NCBI GenBank assembly: GCA_010015805.1 | Contig: ML978126.1 | Location: forward strand, 124,001-188,000 | Reading direction: 5' to 3' | Length of the DNA stretch: 64,000 nucleotides | Source: Rhizodiscina lignyota | Lineage: Eukaryota | Shown: one piece after another, positions 24,719 through 38,149 of the stretch | How positions within the stretch are numbered: position 1 is the stretch's first letter | Layout: each line of letters opens with the position of its first letter | Notes under the pieces: model-generated | Seen by the model: the letters and a program-made list of their open reading frames with translations, nothing else | Told to the model about the DNA's origin: nothing | The model's database searches: none | Program-made: the position numbers and the translations under genes

Positions 24719-25149
24719 ATGGTCGCCTCATACAACATCTTCGGTCGTCAGATCCAATCGCATTGGGTATGTTCCCTGATTCCTCCACGAGCCAGTCTTC
24801 CCGAACAAACCCTTACAACTGGCTCAAAATCTCTTGCTTCTCTCCTCTATAGACCGATTCTGAGACATGCCGCTCATATGATATCGCTGACGTCTGTATT
24901 TCATGATTGTAGCTCTCCATGGCCACCCTCTTCGGCACATTCGGCGTCGCAATGTACGCGACAAGCGGGAAGAAAGCAGCAGAGGCCAAGGGCCCGCCAA
25001 TCAATGCATCGAGCAAGGAGGAGGAGAGCTTCATTCAGTACGTTGCGGCTACAATCAACTGTCCTCCCGAAACTCAGGAATACTTTACTCATACTTATTT
25101 ACGCAGGGACTTCTTGAAAGAAGCCGAGAGCAAGTCCGAGGCGAAGTGA
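24719..25149 (+). CDS. ATP19: Mitochondrial ATP synthase subunit k (3 exons)
   Basis: Spliced MVASYNIFGRQIQSHWLSMATLFG...PPINASSKEEESFIQDFLKEAE matches the Atp19 pattern. Introns about 24767-24912 and 25038-25107. Confidence 0.9.
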
Positions 25150-25551
25150 TATATTCATCTATACGCGACTGCATAAAGTACCCACTGTGAGAGGACGAAA
25201 GGATGGAATGTGTGGAGGCACAAAGGGCACGGGCAAAATAGACGGTGCTGAATGTACATATACTGCTGTACTTCCAAAATCAAGAGCATTTCAAGACAAA
25301 TACACGGCGCTGGGCACGCAGGCCCCACTTGTATCAAGGTGCTTTATTGCTCACTTGCAACAGCGTGCAAAAGAAAATTCGAACAGACCACCACCATCAA
25401 GCCAAAGAAACCCGACCCCAGAACGAGTCAAAGACCATGCAAATTGCAACTCGCAGCCAAGGTATCATACCCTTCAATCCCCTTGACCAAACTCCCAAAG
25501 AGCAACCACCCACCAATACCATAACCACATATCATCGCATCATACAGTGGG

Positions 25552-27288
25552 CTATTCCTCCACAACAACCTTCTTAGACATAGAATCCAGCACCTTAGCA
25601 TAGAACTTGGCCGCAGCGTTGCGAGGGAAGCAAATCTCCTCCGTCAAGTAGTCTGGCAGGACATCAATGAGAGCCTGATCGTTCTTCTCGTCGAGCAACG
25701 GTATATACGCGAACTCTACTTCGTCAAAGTTCGCTGCGCCGTCTGTGCCGGTCGGGATTTGCGGGACAGACAAGTGGAAATGGAGTGCTGTGGATTTGTT
25801 AGCACAAAGGTATTCACCACAGGTCAGACATGGGGAGTAGAGATATGGCAACATACTCCCATTCCGGCCCGTCTGGATGCAGTCAAACACGTCTTCTCCG
25901 TCCACCTTCTTGACATTCCGAACCATCAAGCCGGTCAAGTCACTATATAGTTCCTCCTTCAGCTTCAGCACTGCCATGTCTGCATTCAAAGCATTCAAGT
26001 TTGCGTTTGCACTGGCCAGATTCTTCTGTGCACCCTTTACTGCACTGCCGGGGATTTTCACGCTCGCGGCTGCTGTTTCAGCGGCTTTCTCAGCCGCCTT
26101 TTCAGCTGCTAGTAGCTTCGTCTGTGTCGTGGAGAGCCTCGCATTGAGGGACTTGATCTCGTTCTGCGCATCGGTTAGGGAGGACGTTTGGGATTTTGAT
26201 TCGGATGTGAGGCGCGCGTTCTCGGTCATTAGTCGCTGATTCTCAATGTCGATGGCCGTGATTTTCGATCGCATGGACTTAGACTCGGATTGGTTCGCGC
26301 GAATGGCGGCGAGTTCTTTCTTCAGTGAAGCGATTACGTCGTCCTGATCTGTTTTACTTCGTCAGTCCATGTGCCAAGTCTAATTATCCCTAAATTAAGA
26401 CGTACCTTTTGCCCTCTGCTCAGTGCTCTTCCTCAGCTTTTCAAAGTTGCTCTCTGCATCCCTCGTCCCAATGTCCTTCAACTGCTTATATTTCAAATCC
26501 AGATTTTCGAACTTCTTTGTGATCTCGCCCAACTTGCGTCTGAGCGCAGGATCGTGTGTCCTCCTTTCTGGATCTGATACGCTGCCCGCGCGACTTCGCG
26601 GCACAGACGGCTGCCGTACCATCGATGTGTGTCGCACGTCTCGACTGCGGCTTGGTGCGCACGGAACAGCGCGAGTTGGAGCGGGCTCGATGGGTATTTC
26701 AGTGACTTCGTCAATGGATGGCTCGATGTCCATGGGGTCCGGCTGTGTCTCAGGGATAAGGCGATGTGGCTGGGGTTCAGTGGATGGTTCGCGTTTGGAC
26801 TTCTTGCCGCGCGATGTCGCATTGCTAGAGGATTTCGGAGCGCGTGCTCGTTCGCGCTTCGCTGGCTTAGGCGCTTCTTCTTCTTCGGCGTCGACCTCAA
26901 CTTTACGGCGGGCTTTGCGCTTTACAGGCACCTCGGTTGCCTCCTCTTCAAAGTCCTCGACCTCTTCAGTGTCGCTTTCGTTTGGAGCCACGCGCTCTGC
27001 CAACGCCTTTCGCTTGCTGCCTGTCGTCTTGCGTCCCCCGCTCGCTCGTCGCGCAGGCGCTTTTGCCTTTGTCACTTTAGACGCAGCAGCTTTCGTTGAG
27101 GTTGTTTTATTCGAAGTTGAAGCTTTGCTCTTCGCGCCAGATTTTTGACGCGACGACGGGACTGGGTTCAGATTCTCGATGCCAGTTGACTCCATAGTGT
27201 TCTCGAGGGTCGTGGTCTGGTCTAGCTCATCCTCTGAAAGAGGATCGAGCATATGCGAAAGCGCTGCTCTGGTCTTTTGTGCAGGCAT
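25552..27288 (-). CDS. Monopolin complex subunit Csm1/Pcs1 family
   Basis: Coiled coil followed by KEELYSDLTGL..FDCIQTGRNG..LHFHL..YIPLLD..LPDYLTEEICFP. Confidence 0.88.
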
Positions 27289-27557
27289 TTTGGTTGTATG
27301 GCGCGCACAATTGCAATTGGGATTGTGGAACGGGCCTCTGTTCGGTTGTGGAGCACCGAGAAGGGGTGTAAACAAACAGCGCGTCATGCGCTAGGCTCAA
27401 AATAGAATGCGTCCCAAGTCCTTTCCATCTCATCGCTCCCCATCATCTGCTTTGCATGTCTTCAATGTCAAGACAATTCCATGCTCTAAATTCTCTCACT
27501 ATATCGAAATTCTGAAATTCAGTCCCGTGCTAACCTTCCCCGGCCCTAATACCTGTT

Positions 27558-28958
27558 CTAATCAAATTTGACACCCATTCTTCCTTGTGCCTTTCCTTCG
27601 TGCTATTCGACTGTCAGGTTTCGTTCCAACTTTCTATTGCGGAGACTTACCATCAACTCAATCATCTTCGGTAACTCCTCGAGCTTGTAATATGTTATGT
27701 GTGGAGCAATCTTGTGCTTTGCGCTGAATTCAATGCAAGGTGCCATGTTATAGCAGGCTGTCCCGAAATTAGTACAACGTCCGGGCTATTATCATGAACC
27801 ACTCACTCCCGTTGTTAGAGCCTTTGACGCGATAACGGCCGAGAGCGATATCAAGCTATTAATCTGTGAGTCAAATTACACCCAAGGCTTCGTATGAGAC
27901 TCACGGCATTAAATTGAATAGGCTGCTGAGGAATGCCCACAACCATAATCAAACCTTGGCCAGGCTTCACCAATGCCGGCATGTCGTCATAAGCCTTCGA
28001 CGGTCAGCTTCGTCTAAGTTTTGATATGGCTTTCCTTCGTCGCTCACCTTCTTCGACGCGGTAAAGTTGGCCGCAGCATCCACTCCACCGCCCGTAATCT
28101 CCGTGATCTTCTTGATGTAATCCTTATCCGTCATCGAGTTAAACACATAGTCCGCACCCTGATTCTTGGCCTCCTCGAGCTGCTGGTCAACGATATCAAT
28201 ACCAATGACTTTCAACCCCATAGCCTTTGCATACTGGACTCCCAGATGGCCTAAGCCGCCTGTACCAACGATGGCAATCCATTGGCCGGGCTCCAGCTCG
28301 CAGTCTTCGACGCCATGGTACGACGTCACACCAGCGCAGAATAAAGGCGCAGCTGATGCGACGTCCATCCCCTTTGGAAGGACCATGGTGTTGCGGGCGT
28401 CGACACATACGTATTCTTGGAAGAATCCATCGCGGGAAAAGCCTTGCATCATCGTCTTTCCAGTAACGCACCTTTAACTCGTCAGTTAGGCATATTTCAT
28501 CTCGCTCCTCTCAAGACATAACCTTACCATGCATTGTGCCTGTGGCCTCATCAGCACGTCGTGGCTCACTCATAAGGACAGTCGCACTCACACTTCCTTG
28601 CAAGGCTTACATTCAAAGCAGCACTCCACAGGACAAATAAAGCCTACCTCATCTCCCTCTTTGAATCCCTTGACATTACTACCAGGTTGCACAACTCGAC
28701 CCGTTGCCTCATGTCCGATCGTGACAGGGTTCTGGCCCAGAATCAAGCCCTGGTCGTTCGGCTCGAAATGCATGACATCTGAATGGCATAGTGAAGCGCA
28801 GACGACCTTGACCAAAATTTCATGCGGCTTTGGCTCGGGTATCGGGATTTCGTTAAGGTGGAGCTTATTATCTCGCGCATCATATCTGATATCATCAGAT
28901 AAATATTCAGTTTCGTTCAATTTACCTCTTACTGTTGCGCTTTCTGTGTCTTCGCCAT
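27558..28958 (-). CDS. Zinc-dependent (MDR) alcohol dehydrogenase, multi-exon
   Basis: LCHSD, GHEATG, structural Cys CFECKPC, APLFCAGVT, GTGGLG. Last exon GRMGVKFD*. Confidence 0.9.
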
Positions 28959-29512
28959 GGCTTGATGGTCGGAGATAGGGTTAGGGTTTTGCGGAGCTCG
29001 GTAGTGATTACTGGAAGGGGAAATGAAGATCAGATCAATTGCAACGAACTTCGATAGCAAAAGATGTTGGTCGTCTATTTAAGATCAAACTGCACGAGTC
29101 ATTACTCCAAAAACCGCTCCAAGCCAATGACTTTGCTATTTTATACATGTGGTGCGGCTATCGTAGTCCGTCTAAAGTGATCCGCCATTTCCCCACTTAG
29201 GAAAAGGGATACCGAAACTAAAAGGACGCAGCATCATATGGGTGTCGAGCTATTCGAGAAAGCCTATAACACCTCGAGAAGAGCATAGAGTGTGATTAGA
29301 GAGTGCTGTATGGTGGCTTTTGCTCCTGGAGAGACTTTATATGCACTGCCCATTACTACAAGATCGTTGATTGCAACTGTATGCAGACGCGATACGTCCA
29401 TTCGATATAGAACAGATTAAATATGACATTTGGCACAATCTCAGTGGTATCTAAACTCTGCGCCATCGCTATGCATGCTCCATATGTGAACCAAATCCTT
29501 ATCCCGTAGTCC

Positions 29513-30575
29513 TCATGCCTCGATCAAATCTGGCACTGCCGGACCAACACCCCTTAGCAGTACAATGGTATTGCCGTCCTTCAGCGCGTCGCCCACTTTC
29601 TCCTTAAACTCCAATAGTCGCCCTGCCTCAACGTGGAATACCCGCAATCGTTCGTCTTCCCCTTCAACCCGATTGTTGACATTCGCAACCTGCAGCGCCT
29701 TCGCTGCAGCGTCCAGTACCCTTCCTATACTCCACTCTTTCGAGTAGAAAAACTTCCCAGTGGGATACTTGGCCGTCGTGGTATCTGCTGACGCCTCGAC
29801 GTGGAGATACACACGCTTCTCAGGAGGGATCTTATCGTCACCTTTCGCGCTGCGCTTCAGTGCGTTCATCGCCGCGAGGCTGCTACTAGCACTTGAGTTC
29901 GAACTTGAATATGACGTGATCTTCTTCAGTCCTGCCAACGGACTGCTCGTCTTTGCGGCAGCGGCTTTCTTGTTCGCGCCCCACGCTCGCAGCTTCTCCA
30001 GTGCTGCCATCCCCTTCTCCCGTGACGTGACTGCGCCTGGTCTTGCGCCCAGCGGTGTCAAGTTTTTACAATCGTGGTCTTCACCCATGCGATGCTTCAA
30101 GCAGTACGTGCGGTTACAGTTCGCGCAGTGAACACCAGGGTTGGTGGCGGTGTCGACGAGAGTCTTACAGGAGGGCGAGGAACATTGTTTGTCATAGGTG
30201 AATACGCTGGGCTTGCCGGAAGGTGTGGAGGAGCGTGAAGGGGAGGGGGAGACACCCGTGCGGCGGCGCGCCCATTCGCCGGCTTTGGCGCATGAGTGTG
30301 CGGTTTCGGTGCGGTGGTCGAGACAGAATGTGCTATGAAACTGTTAGTAGATGCTCTTTCGCAAGGCTGAAGGGACGATATAGGATGAAAGGAAGAAATA
30401 AGTGGAAAGCAGATACGTACCCTTTACAGCTCTCACATCGAAACGGTAGGAAGTCTAACTGATGGCAAAAGGCCATCTGGCAGTGCGCGCCAATGGACTC
30501 GACGTCTCCAACAGACATGCTGGTGTAGCTTTGCGCGGAAGCGTCGTTCGGGTTTAGGGAGTTGTTGTTTGCCAT
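29513..30575 (-). CDS. AN1-type zinc finger protein (Cuz1/ZFAND1-like)
   Basis: IGAHCQMAFCHQLDFLPFRCESC, a second AN1 finger (CLKHRMGEDHDC) and a C-terminal ubiquitin-like region WSIGRVLDAAA. Confidence 0.9.
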
Positions 30576-31206
30576 CTTGGAGGTGTGGAATGCGCAAAAT
30601 ATATATGGGGCAAATAGGGACAATTAGTGATGGCTTCGGCAGGCTGACGAGCCCACGCGGCTCGTGGTGATGAGGTTCGAAGATGCCAGAAGAAGATGGC
30701 GAGCGGCGCTGAGTGATGAAAGCTCACCGAATGTGGCACAGCTCCCGGGCTCGCTTAACGCCGATCTCCCGCCGGACGCCACCTGACGCCACAGCAGTCA
30801 CAGTGCAGTGCAAATCTCCCTACCTAGCCGTATGTACAACTCAACTTAATGTGATCTTGTAGTGTCATTGATCTAGTCCATAGCGAACAGTGCTGATATT
30901 CCTTTCATGCTTGAAATAAGTGTTCTCTATTTTTTCAGTCCGCTAATACTCCTCCGCGTCGTAGAGGGCATCATCGCCTTCGGCTGTATCAGGCGCTGCA
31001 AGCTTAATACGCTGACAGTTTTCAACGTCCTCAATCAACTCTTCTGGATGTTGAATGACTCATCTAGACACTCGACAAGGTTATTGAGTACATTATGTAG
31101 ATTCCTCCTGCATCGTACGAGACATGGTCGCTAGATTCACGGGTTCGCACCTGCAGTCAAAACGTGAGCACGAGGTCTACATATACACTAAGCTTAACTA
31201 TATTGA

Positions 31207-32230
31207 TCAACTCTTCAATCCTGCCTTGTCCACATAACTTTTCAAAAATTCAACTGGCAGGACCACGAATTTCTCATATCCTTCTGTTCCCTCGACAAGA
31301 CCAGCACCAAAGGCATGGCCCATCCCTTTGGCAATCACAAGTTCTGTATCCACTCCGCTTGCCCTCAGTTTCTCATACGCAGCTTCTGCCAGCCTGACAT
31401 CCACAACTTGATCTTCCTCTCCCCATAGGAAAAAGGTTGGAGGAAAGTCCTTGTCAAGACGCAACGCTGGATCGACCATCTCTTCGTGTCCTTCGATACC
31501 CATAGCCTTCATCCAAGTGCCACGACTCACGTGTCCGAAATGCCATGCATTACGAGGGTATGAAAAGTCAATTTCCAGCTTCTCCGAGGCGTCGATTTTG
31601 ACTGCGCCGGCGGACGTGAGCACTGGTTCGTCGTGAATCTTGTTCATGAAGTCTTCGTCAAAGTTCAATGGGCCCTCCGGAATCAATGACATGATCTGAT
31701 TGACGGGTTTTCGGTACGAAGGGTCTCGAAAGAAGAGGGGCCCGTAGCAATTAAGTATTGCACAAGGCTTCTCTTTCTCCAGCCCTAGCATCATAGAGAG
31801 ATGGCCACCCGCAGACCAGCCGAGGGCCACTATTCGATTTCCATCGAGCTCGACGCCAACATCGCTTTTCACGATGTCCGGAAGGCGGCCACGGCACCAT
31901 TGATAGGCATCCCGCGTATCCTGGATAGGGCCATCGTAGAGAGAGATTTGTGGACAAAGTCGATAGTCGATACTAACAACAACGAAGTCTCTGTCGGTGA
32001 GCGCCTTGATCCACTGCGGCGCAATGGTATCCCGCTTCCCCAACACAAATCCGCCAGCATGTATGGTAAGCGCTAATTTATTTTCCGTGAGTGTGTTGAT
32101 GTTGATGCAGGATAGAATGAATTGCACCTATTGCTTGCCTCTTTGCTTGGGCGTTGTCACCGTAGTGCACATCGGCGAGGATAGGTTGGTCGCTACCAAA
32201 GGTCTTGTAAGTGTATGTTTTGAATGGCAT
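31207..32230 (-). CDS. Alpha/beta hydrolase (HSL-like esterase)
   Basis: Exon 1 MPFKTYTYK..ADVHY, then HAGG, DYRLCPQ, GWSAGG, GEED, GHAF. Same family as 12159-13055. Confidence 0.88.
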
Positions 32231-32542
32231 GCTCTCCTAGATGATATGCAAGTAGGGTAGAATCGATTATATCAGTAACGTAATTATAGTCTTTAGTAGG
32301 CATTTCAGTTTATTAATTAAGGGATATAAAAGGTACCTCCGGTTGTTTCAGCTTCGGAGAGATTATCGTAATCACTTGTTCCGATCAGGGCCGACTGCAT
32401 TTTCGCTACCACGACAAACATTAGACTGATATAAGCTACGTAAAACATTAAGGTATCAGATTCTATCCATGTAACACTAAACATTCGATACTAATGATAT
32501 CTTGCCTGGCCTGGCACCATTGTACAAGTCCTGAACATGCGT

Positions 32543-33328
32543 CTAAATTCCCAAATTGATGACGAACATTCCTGCAGCGATACATACATACAAAGGCTGC
32601 AGGCCGATGTAGAAATTTCTGCCACTCCCAGAACTTATCTCCTTTGCGTCTGCAGAAGCACTGCGTGTGGATGAAGCACTGTTGCCGGAAGCACTGCTGC
32701 CCGTTGTAGCCGTTGTAGATGCTGATGTATTCTTGCCCGGAGTATACGATCCATCATTAAGATTGCCATAGCCACCCGTTGGGTCCGTGAAGGAGCCCGT
32801 TTTGACGTTGATGCAAAGAGGTACGCTCTCGTAGACGAAGCATGTCTGGGAGCTTGTGCAGGAGAAAGAGCTTGTAGAGCGCTTGCCCCAATTACCCGCA
32901 TCTTGATCCGCGAAACCATCTGCAGTAATGGCACTGAGGGAGCCGCTACTAAGCATGTCGGAATCTCCAAGTAGTTCCTCACACGATGCGTCTCCATTGC
33001 AACCATCTCCACTGGAATCAGAGCTGCCATCCCCTGAATCATCAGATCCATCGTCGCCGGAGTCATCAAAACTGTCATCCCCAGCGTCATCTGAACCATC
33101 ATCGCCAAAATCATCAGAGCTGTCATCGCTAGAGTCATCTGAACCGTCATCGTCGGAAGAAGAGGAGCCGGAAGAGTCGCCCGAGGAGCCGCTGGAGCCT
33201 GAGCCTGAGCCTGAGGAAGTTATGGAATTTATTTGGTAGCCATTGTTGACGTTGCAGACTTGCGCAGTAGTGAAGCGTAGTTGCACTATGGCGAGGATGA
33301 GAAATATTTGAAGGATATAGGATTTCAT
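32543..33328 (-). CDS. Secreted Asp/Ser-rich, probably GPI-anchored protein
   Basis: Signal peptide, DDGSDDSS-type repeats, KR dibasic site, small Cys domain, Ser/Thr tract, hydrophobic tail. Confidence 0.8.
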   Translation of the reverse strand: MKSYILQIFLILAIVQLRFTTAQVCNVNNGYQINSITSSGSGSGSSGSSGDSSGSSSSDDDGSDDSSDDSSDDFGDDGSDDAGDDSFDDSGDDGSDDSGDGSSDSSGDGCNGDASCEELLGDSDMLSSGSLSAITADGFADQDAGNWGKRSTSSFSCTSSQTCFVYESVPLCINVKTGSFTDPTGGYGNLNDGSYTPGKNTSASTTATTGSSASGNSASSTRSASADAKEISSGSGRNFYIGLQPLYVCIAAGMFVINLGI

Positions 33329-34733
33329 GGTGAAAGATCGCGGGTAGTAGAGAGCGTGTCGAAATGGATGGTGCTTGAAAAGAGATGGATAAAAACAAAG
33401 GGAGAAGAAGTGACCCTATAAGTGTATATTTTCTTTGCAGATGAGGTTCCTCAGCTCAGGAGGTCGGGAGATGCCATTTCTCCATGCTAGAGTGCTACTG
33501 CTTCTCAGCCTCAGCCTCTCAATAGCATAGCCGTCCGAGTTTCATTGCCAAACGCCATTTACGTCGCTTAACGAGAGCCAGGTCTACTTGTTCAACACAA
33601 GCCGGTGAATTGAGTGAGGTAGAAGAAGCTTGTGACGCTTGTTGTGGTCTCGATTTACGCCATCACTGCAAGCGGGCGCCACAGCGTCTGGGCAAGCCAC
33701 CTTTCAGAGACATGTGCAAGAAACTGTAGGGGGTATAGGAAGTTTGAGAGGAAATAACCGAGAAGTTCAGAGGAGGCGAAGCAACATTTCTAGATTTTAG
33801 TAGTGTTATCATTGTGAGAGGCGGTGCGAAAACTGTTGTAGTGTATGACACGCAGCAAAAAAATCTTCGATGATGCGCGAAGCTGTTCGAAACTAGACCG
33901 CGAGGACTCGAGAAATCAAACCAATGCTCCACGGGGGAGAATCAAATGCGCATCGTGAATGATCCGGGACTGGAGCCGAGATGCGAGGATCGAAGCTGTT
34001 AGTTATTTTGACCGGTCTTCCAATTCGTAAGTCTGAAAAGAGTTGCCAAGTCGCCCGGCTTTGTTCGATGCCAAGATACCCCTGGTGTTCTTAAATAGGC
34101 ATCGGCTAAACCCAGTTATCGTTAGGCGCTCTTCAATCTGAACCCCAGCTTTAGGGCTTTGGCTTTGACAACTCAAACGTGTTTTTGAGCACCGAACACG
34201 GAGAGGTTCCGAGAAACCATACCAGATGCATCGGGCAGATGGTGCCTTGATCTGGTACTCCGATGATTCCTCCACTTAGGCGCAGTGAGTCTTTACTACT
34301 TCGCATGTTCATCCCTGAGGGCGGCAGAACCTATCTCTCAACATCGTCGCCCGGCCACCACTGCGAAACGGATAGGCTTTCGATATGCAATATCTGGCAC
34401 CCGAATTGCTGCCGAAATGGTTAGAGTATAATGAAGTGGAAAGTTTGGACAATAACTTAAACAGGACGAAAACAGTCATCTATTATGTCGAGCCTCGGGA
34501 GATCCACGGTGAAAATCAAGTCGGCTTTATGTACGACGGAGATATTCTCCACAACATTCGAGCTCCATGCGGGGTTGGCACTGATCTGCAACGCTCTTAC
34601 TCTCATAAAATCTGCTCTTCCACTGACGGAGCATATCCCGGAGGCTCAATCCTGCTCAGACTAGCATAGCAAGGCTGTTAGAGATAGAAACCTCGGGTAT
34701 GTACCATGGCATCGCATGCAAGAGAGAGGATAT

Positions 34734-34752
34734 TGCGGATTGCGGCACCGCA
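34734..34752. promoter_or_regulatory. AlcR-type inverted repeat upstream of sugar-porter gene
   Basis: TGCGG (34734) then TGCGGCACCGCA (34741-34752), ending about 94 nt before ATG 34846. Confidence 0.5.
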
Positions 34753-34845
34753 CAGCGTCAAACTCCTAATTTCATCAGTGTTCTCTCATTGAAGTTATTC
34801 CGTTCATGTCAATAGAAAGACACCTCTTTTACTAAACTCGTCATC

Positions 34846-36728
34846 ATGGGTCTTATTACTCTGCGAGGAAGGCCTCTCTACCTTCTCATGAAAATAATAT
34901 GTGGAACATCCTTCATGATGTATGGCTACGACGCTGGCGTGCTCGGCGGTATGCTGTTGCACAAGCCTTTCCTTGATGCTATGGGTAACCCGACCGGTGT
35001 CTACGTTATTCCCATGATTGTAGCATCGTACGACCTCGCTGCGTGTGTGACATCCATCGGAATTGCCTTCTTCGCGTTCAACATTGGCCGCCGTGGCACT
35101 GTGATCTTGGGCAACATTGTTGCGGTTATCGGATCAGTTTTACAGGCTTCATCTTATAGCGTGGCACAAATGATCGTTGGAAGGCTCTGTACTGGATTCG
35201 CAATCGGATGCATCTCAGCGGCTGTACCATCTTATTTGTCGGAGACTGGAGGGGAAATTGCGGATAGAGGCCCCGCGAATGCTTTGAATGGCATTTTTCT
35301 AATTAGCGGTGTGCCGATTGTAAGTCTTCCATTTGGTGACAGCAGCCTTGTACGCTGCAGAAACTCCGCTTATCTGATTGCCAGGCTTATTGGATCGATT
35401 ATGGATTCGTACATTGGAACGCCCAAGCAAGTTGGCGCATCCCTATTATCTTCCAATGTATCTTTGCTTTTGTTTCGGGTGGCACGATGTATTTTCTGCC
35501 TGGTACGTCTTTGCGGTCATTCATATCATACCCTCTATACTCACCACCGCTCCAGATACACCACGATGGTACTATGCTCGAAACCGCTATGAAGAAGGCG
35601 ATGCAGTTCTTTCTCGGTTGTACGATGCCGACGTCAGTTCTGAAAAGGTGCAGTCTACTCGCACCGAGATTCTTTTTGCGATCGAAGCGGAGCTAGAAGC
35701 CAGTGCCAGCTTGCACTGGAAGCAATTTCTCACTATGGGCTTCGTCGACAAGACGAGAATGAAGATCGTACGTAGGCTGTGGATTTGTTTTTGGCTGACG
35801 ATGATCCGTGAGTGGATGGGCAGTAGCTTGATTGGCTACTACAGTAAGCAACCCCAACGATATTGGATGGAATCATTGTGCTCTTGACTGAAACTCATCA
35901 TATTAGGCGCGATCATTCTATCTTCTGTCGCGAAGCCGTCGCTCGTCTCACTTCTTTCCGGAGTTCTGAATACTTTCTTCGCTCTCGGCTGTGTCCCGTT
36001 ATATTTCACAGTTGAAAAATTCGGTCGTCGAAGTATCTTGCTATACGGCGCATGCGCTTCGACTTGCTTCGTCACCGCATTCACGGTGCTAGTTGCCATT
36101 GGCGGTAGTTCTGCCGTGAACTGGGCCGCGGTAGCGATGATATTCTGTTTGCTCTTTGTCTTCGGATGGGCATGGCAAGGTCTTGTTTGGCTTTATTGTT
36201 CGGAGATCGCACCTCTCGAATACAGGCATATCGGTGGATCCTTTACTGCTTGTGGGGAGTGGCTGATGGTCTTTATTACTGTTTTTGCGGGCCGTAAGTG
36301 TCTTTATTCTTTTGAATCAATTACATCGCTAATTCACGTGGTGTAGCTATTGGATTCGATAACATAGGGTGGTATTTCTGGCTTTGGGTCATTAGTGGGA
36401 ATGTCGTCGCAATCGTTTTTGGTAAGTGCAAGGATATGATCGCTGGATCGCTTACAAGATGCTGACGTGCTGGAAGTTGCACTTCTGTGTCCCGAAACCG
36501 GTGGCAAGACACTTGAGCAAGGTGAGTGTTGCGAGGAGATTACGTTCCGGTATCAAAATACTGCTAGCTGACTCCGCAACAATAGTTGACTACTTATTCG
36601 TCGACAAGGCGTTTGCTGGATTACGAAAGAACTTCGACATTGATGCTGAAGACGCCGAAGCCAATATTGGCGAGAAATCGAATGAGGAACGAGAGGAAAA
36701 TATAGCAAACATTTCGAAATCCGCGTAG
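34846..36728 (+). CDS. MFS sugar porter (STL1-like sugar/polyol transporter), multi-exon
   Basis: YGYDAGV, IGRR, GRLCTG..VPSYLSE, PDTPRW, FGRR, WLYCSEIAPL, PETGGKTLE motifs. Confidence 0.9.
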
Positions 36729-37270
36729 TTGGATCCATCACTCTCCTCTCGTCAACAAGCTCAAGCTCGAGGCTTGTAGCCTCGATACGGCGCCGCCGGG
36801 CCTATAGATCTTTGCTTTAATCTCAAGTCCTCATGATTAATCGAAAAGTAGACCGTCGTCCCGTTGCGCAATCCAACGGTTTGTTATCAACCCAGGAAAC
36901 ACAGCGGGTTAGGTTGACTATCTGTGTCGCTCTATGAGGGAGTGGAAAGGAGAATAAACAGAAACAGTACACTTAAATAACATCCCTCCGGGTTTACGGG
37001 ACGCCCTTCGTAAAGGGACAAATTACAGGTATTTTAGCGTCGAGTAATTCAAGCATCTTATACAAGCTGAAAATTCTAATTATTGTGCGTCCGTCGTATA
37101 GTGCAGGTATTGCTAAACTACCCAGGATCTAGCTACCTAGAAAATTTCTTCGCATCGTCGTTGTCGCGCCTGATCTGCGAGGACCTAAACTACCTATTAT
37201 CGGCTAATAGTGCGCAGCTTCTCTCAATCAAGCGCAGGCTCTGACATCCAAGTCAAGAGCGTCTACGACT

Positions 37271-38149
37271 TTGGGAGCCAACTCTGGTAGTTCATCGGGC
37301 CTCCAGCCGCTGGAAGCCCCCTTCACGCCTGCCAGTTCGAAGATAAGCGTCTCCACGGCCGGTGCTCAACAACAGGATGGTGAGTTTAAAGTAGACAGCC
37401 CCAGTGTTTCGCAAATAACCATATCAGGGACAGTCGCAAATCCCCAGCCTTCCTTCTTCAATACCGCTCATCATCCTGCATCATCGCACCCGCCAGCTCG
37501 CGTGAAGAGGAAGATAAAGGAAGAGTCTCACTTTTATCCAACACAGCAGAAGAAGGCTCGCACTTTCGACGCCACTCGAGCGAAAGGGGCGACTGCCAAC
37601 AAAGACAAGGTCCCGCAGCGCAAGATGCCGCGTGACTCTCCGGTTATGCTCGACTTGGTGAAAACCCCTGGCGATCCAAGTTTTGAGTCTGAACCTGAAC
37701 AGCGGAAGATATCACGTCCAGCTCACAATGTCCGTGTCCACTCGTCAGCTTCACCCAATCCACACGATCCGTTCTTGACTTGGTTTTCTCGTATCAAATG
37801 CCATGGCGATGACATGATTGGCCTTTGGGATACACAATCACTCCGCGAGATGATTAAACTAACGGACACCCTCTGTGTCGACGCTCCTACCATCCTTCGA
37901 TATGCATTTCCGGGCCTCGAGAGTTTGTCAGATCAGGTGTACGAACTTCTATCTACATACGCAAACAGGCCAGACTCAATTCTGCTGACGCCACCTCAAA
38001 CTTGTCCAACTTGTCCACATATCATGCTCTCGCCTAAGGATACAATTGCTTTTATGCACTCGCTTCAAGGGCTTCAACCGACAAATAATCTTTACGACCT
38101 TCTGGCGGTTCTATGGAGATATTGTCGCAGATGTCAATGTCACCTGTGA
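37271..38149 (+). pseudogene. Hypothetical ORF, probably the 5'-truncated remnant of a RIP-mutated gene
   Basis: ORF starts at TTG. Upstream the same frame is closed by adjacent TAA TAG codons, where the 21.1 kb paralog has TAA CAG. Confidence 0.5.
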
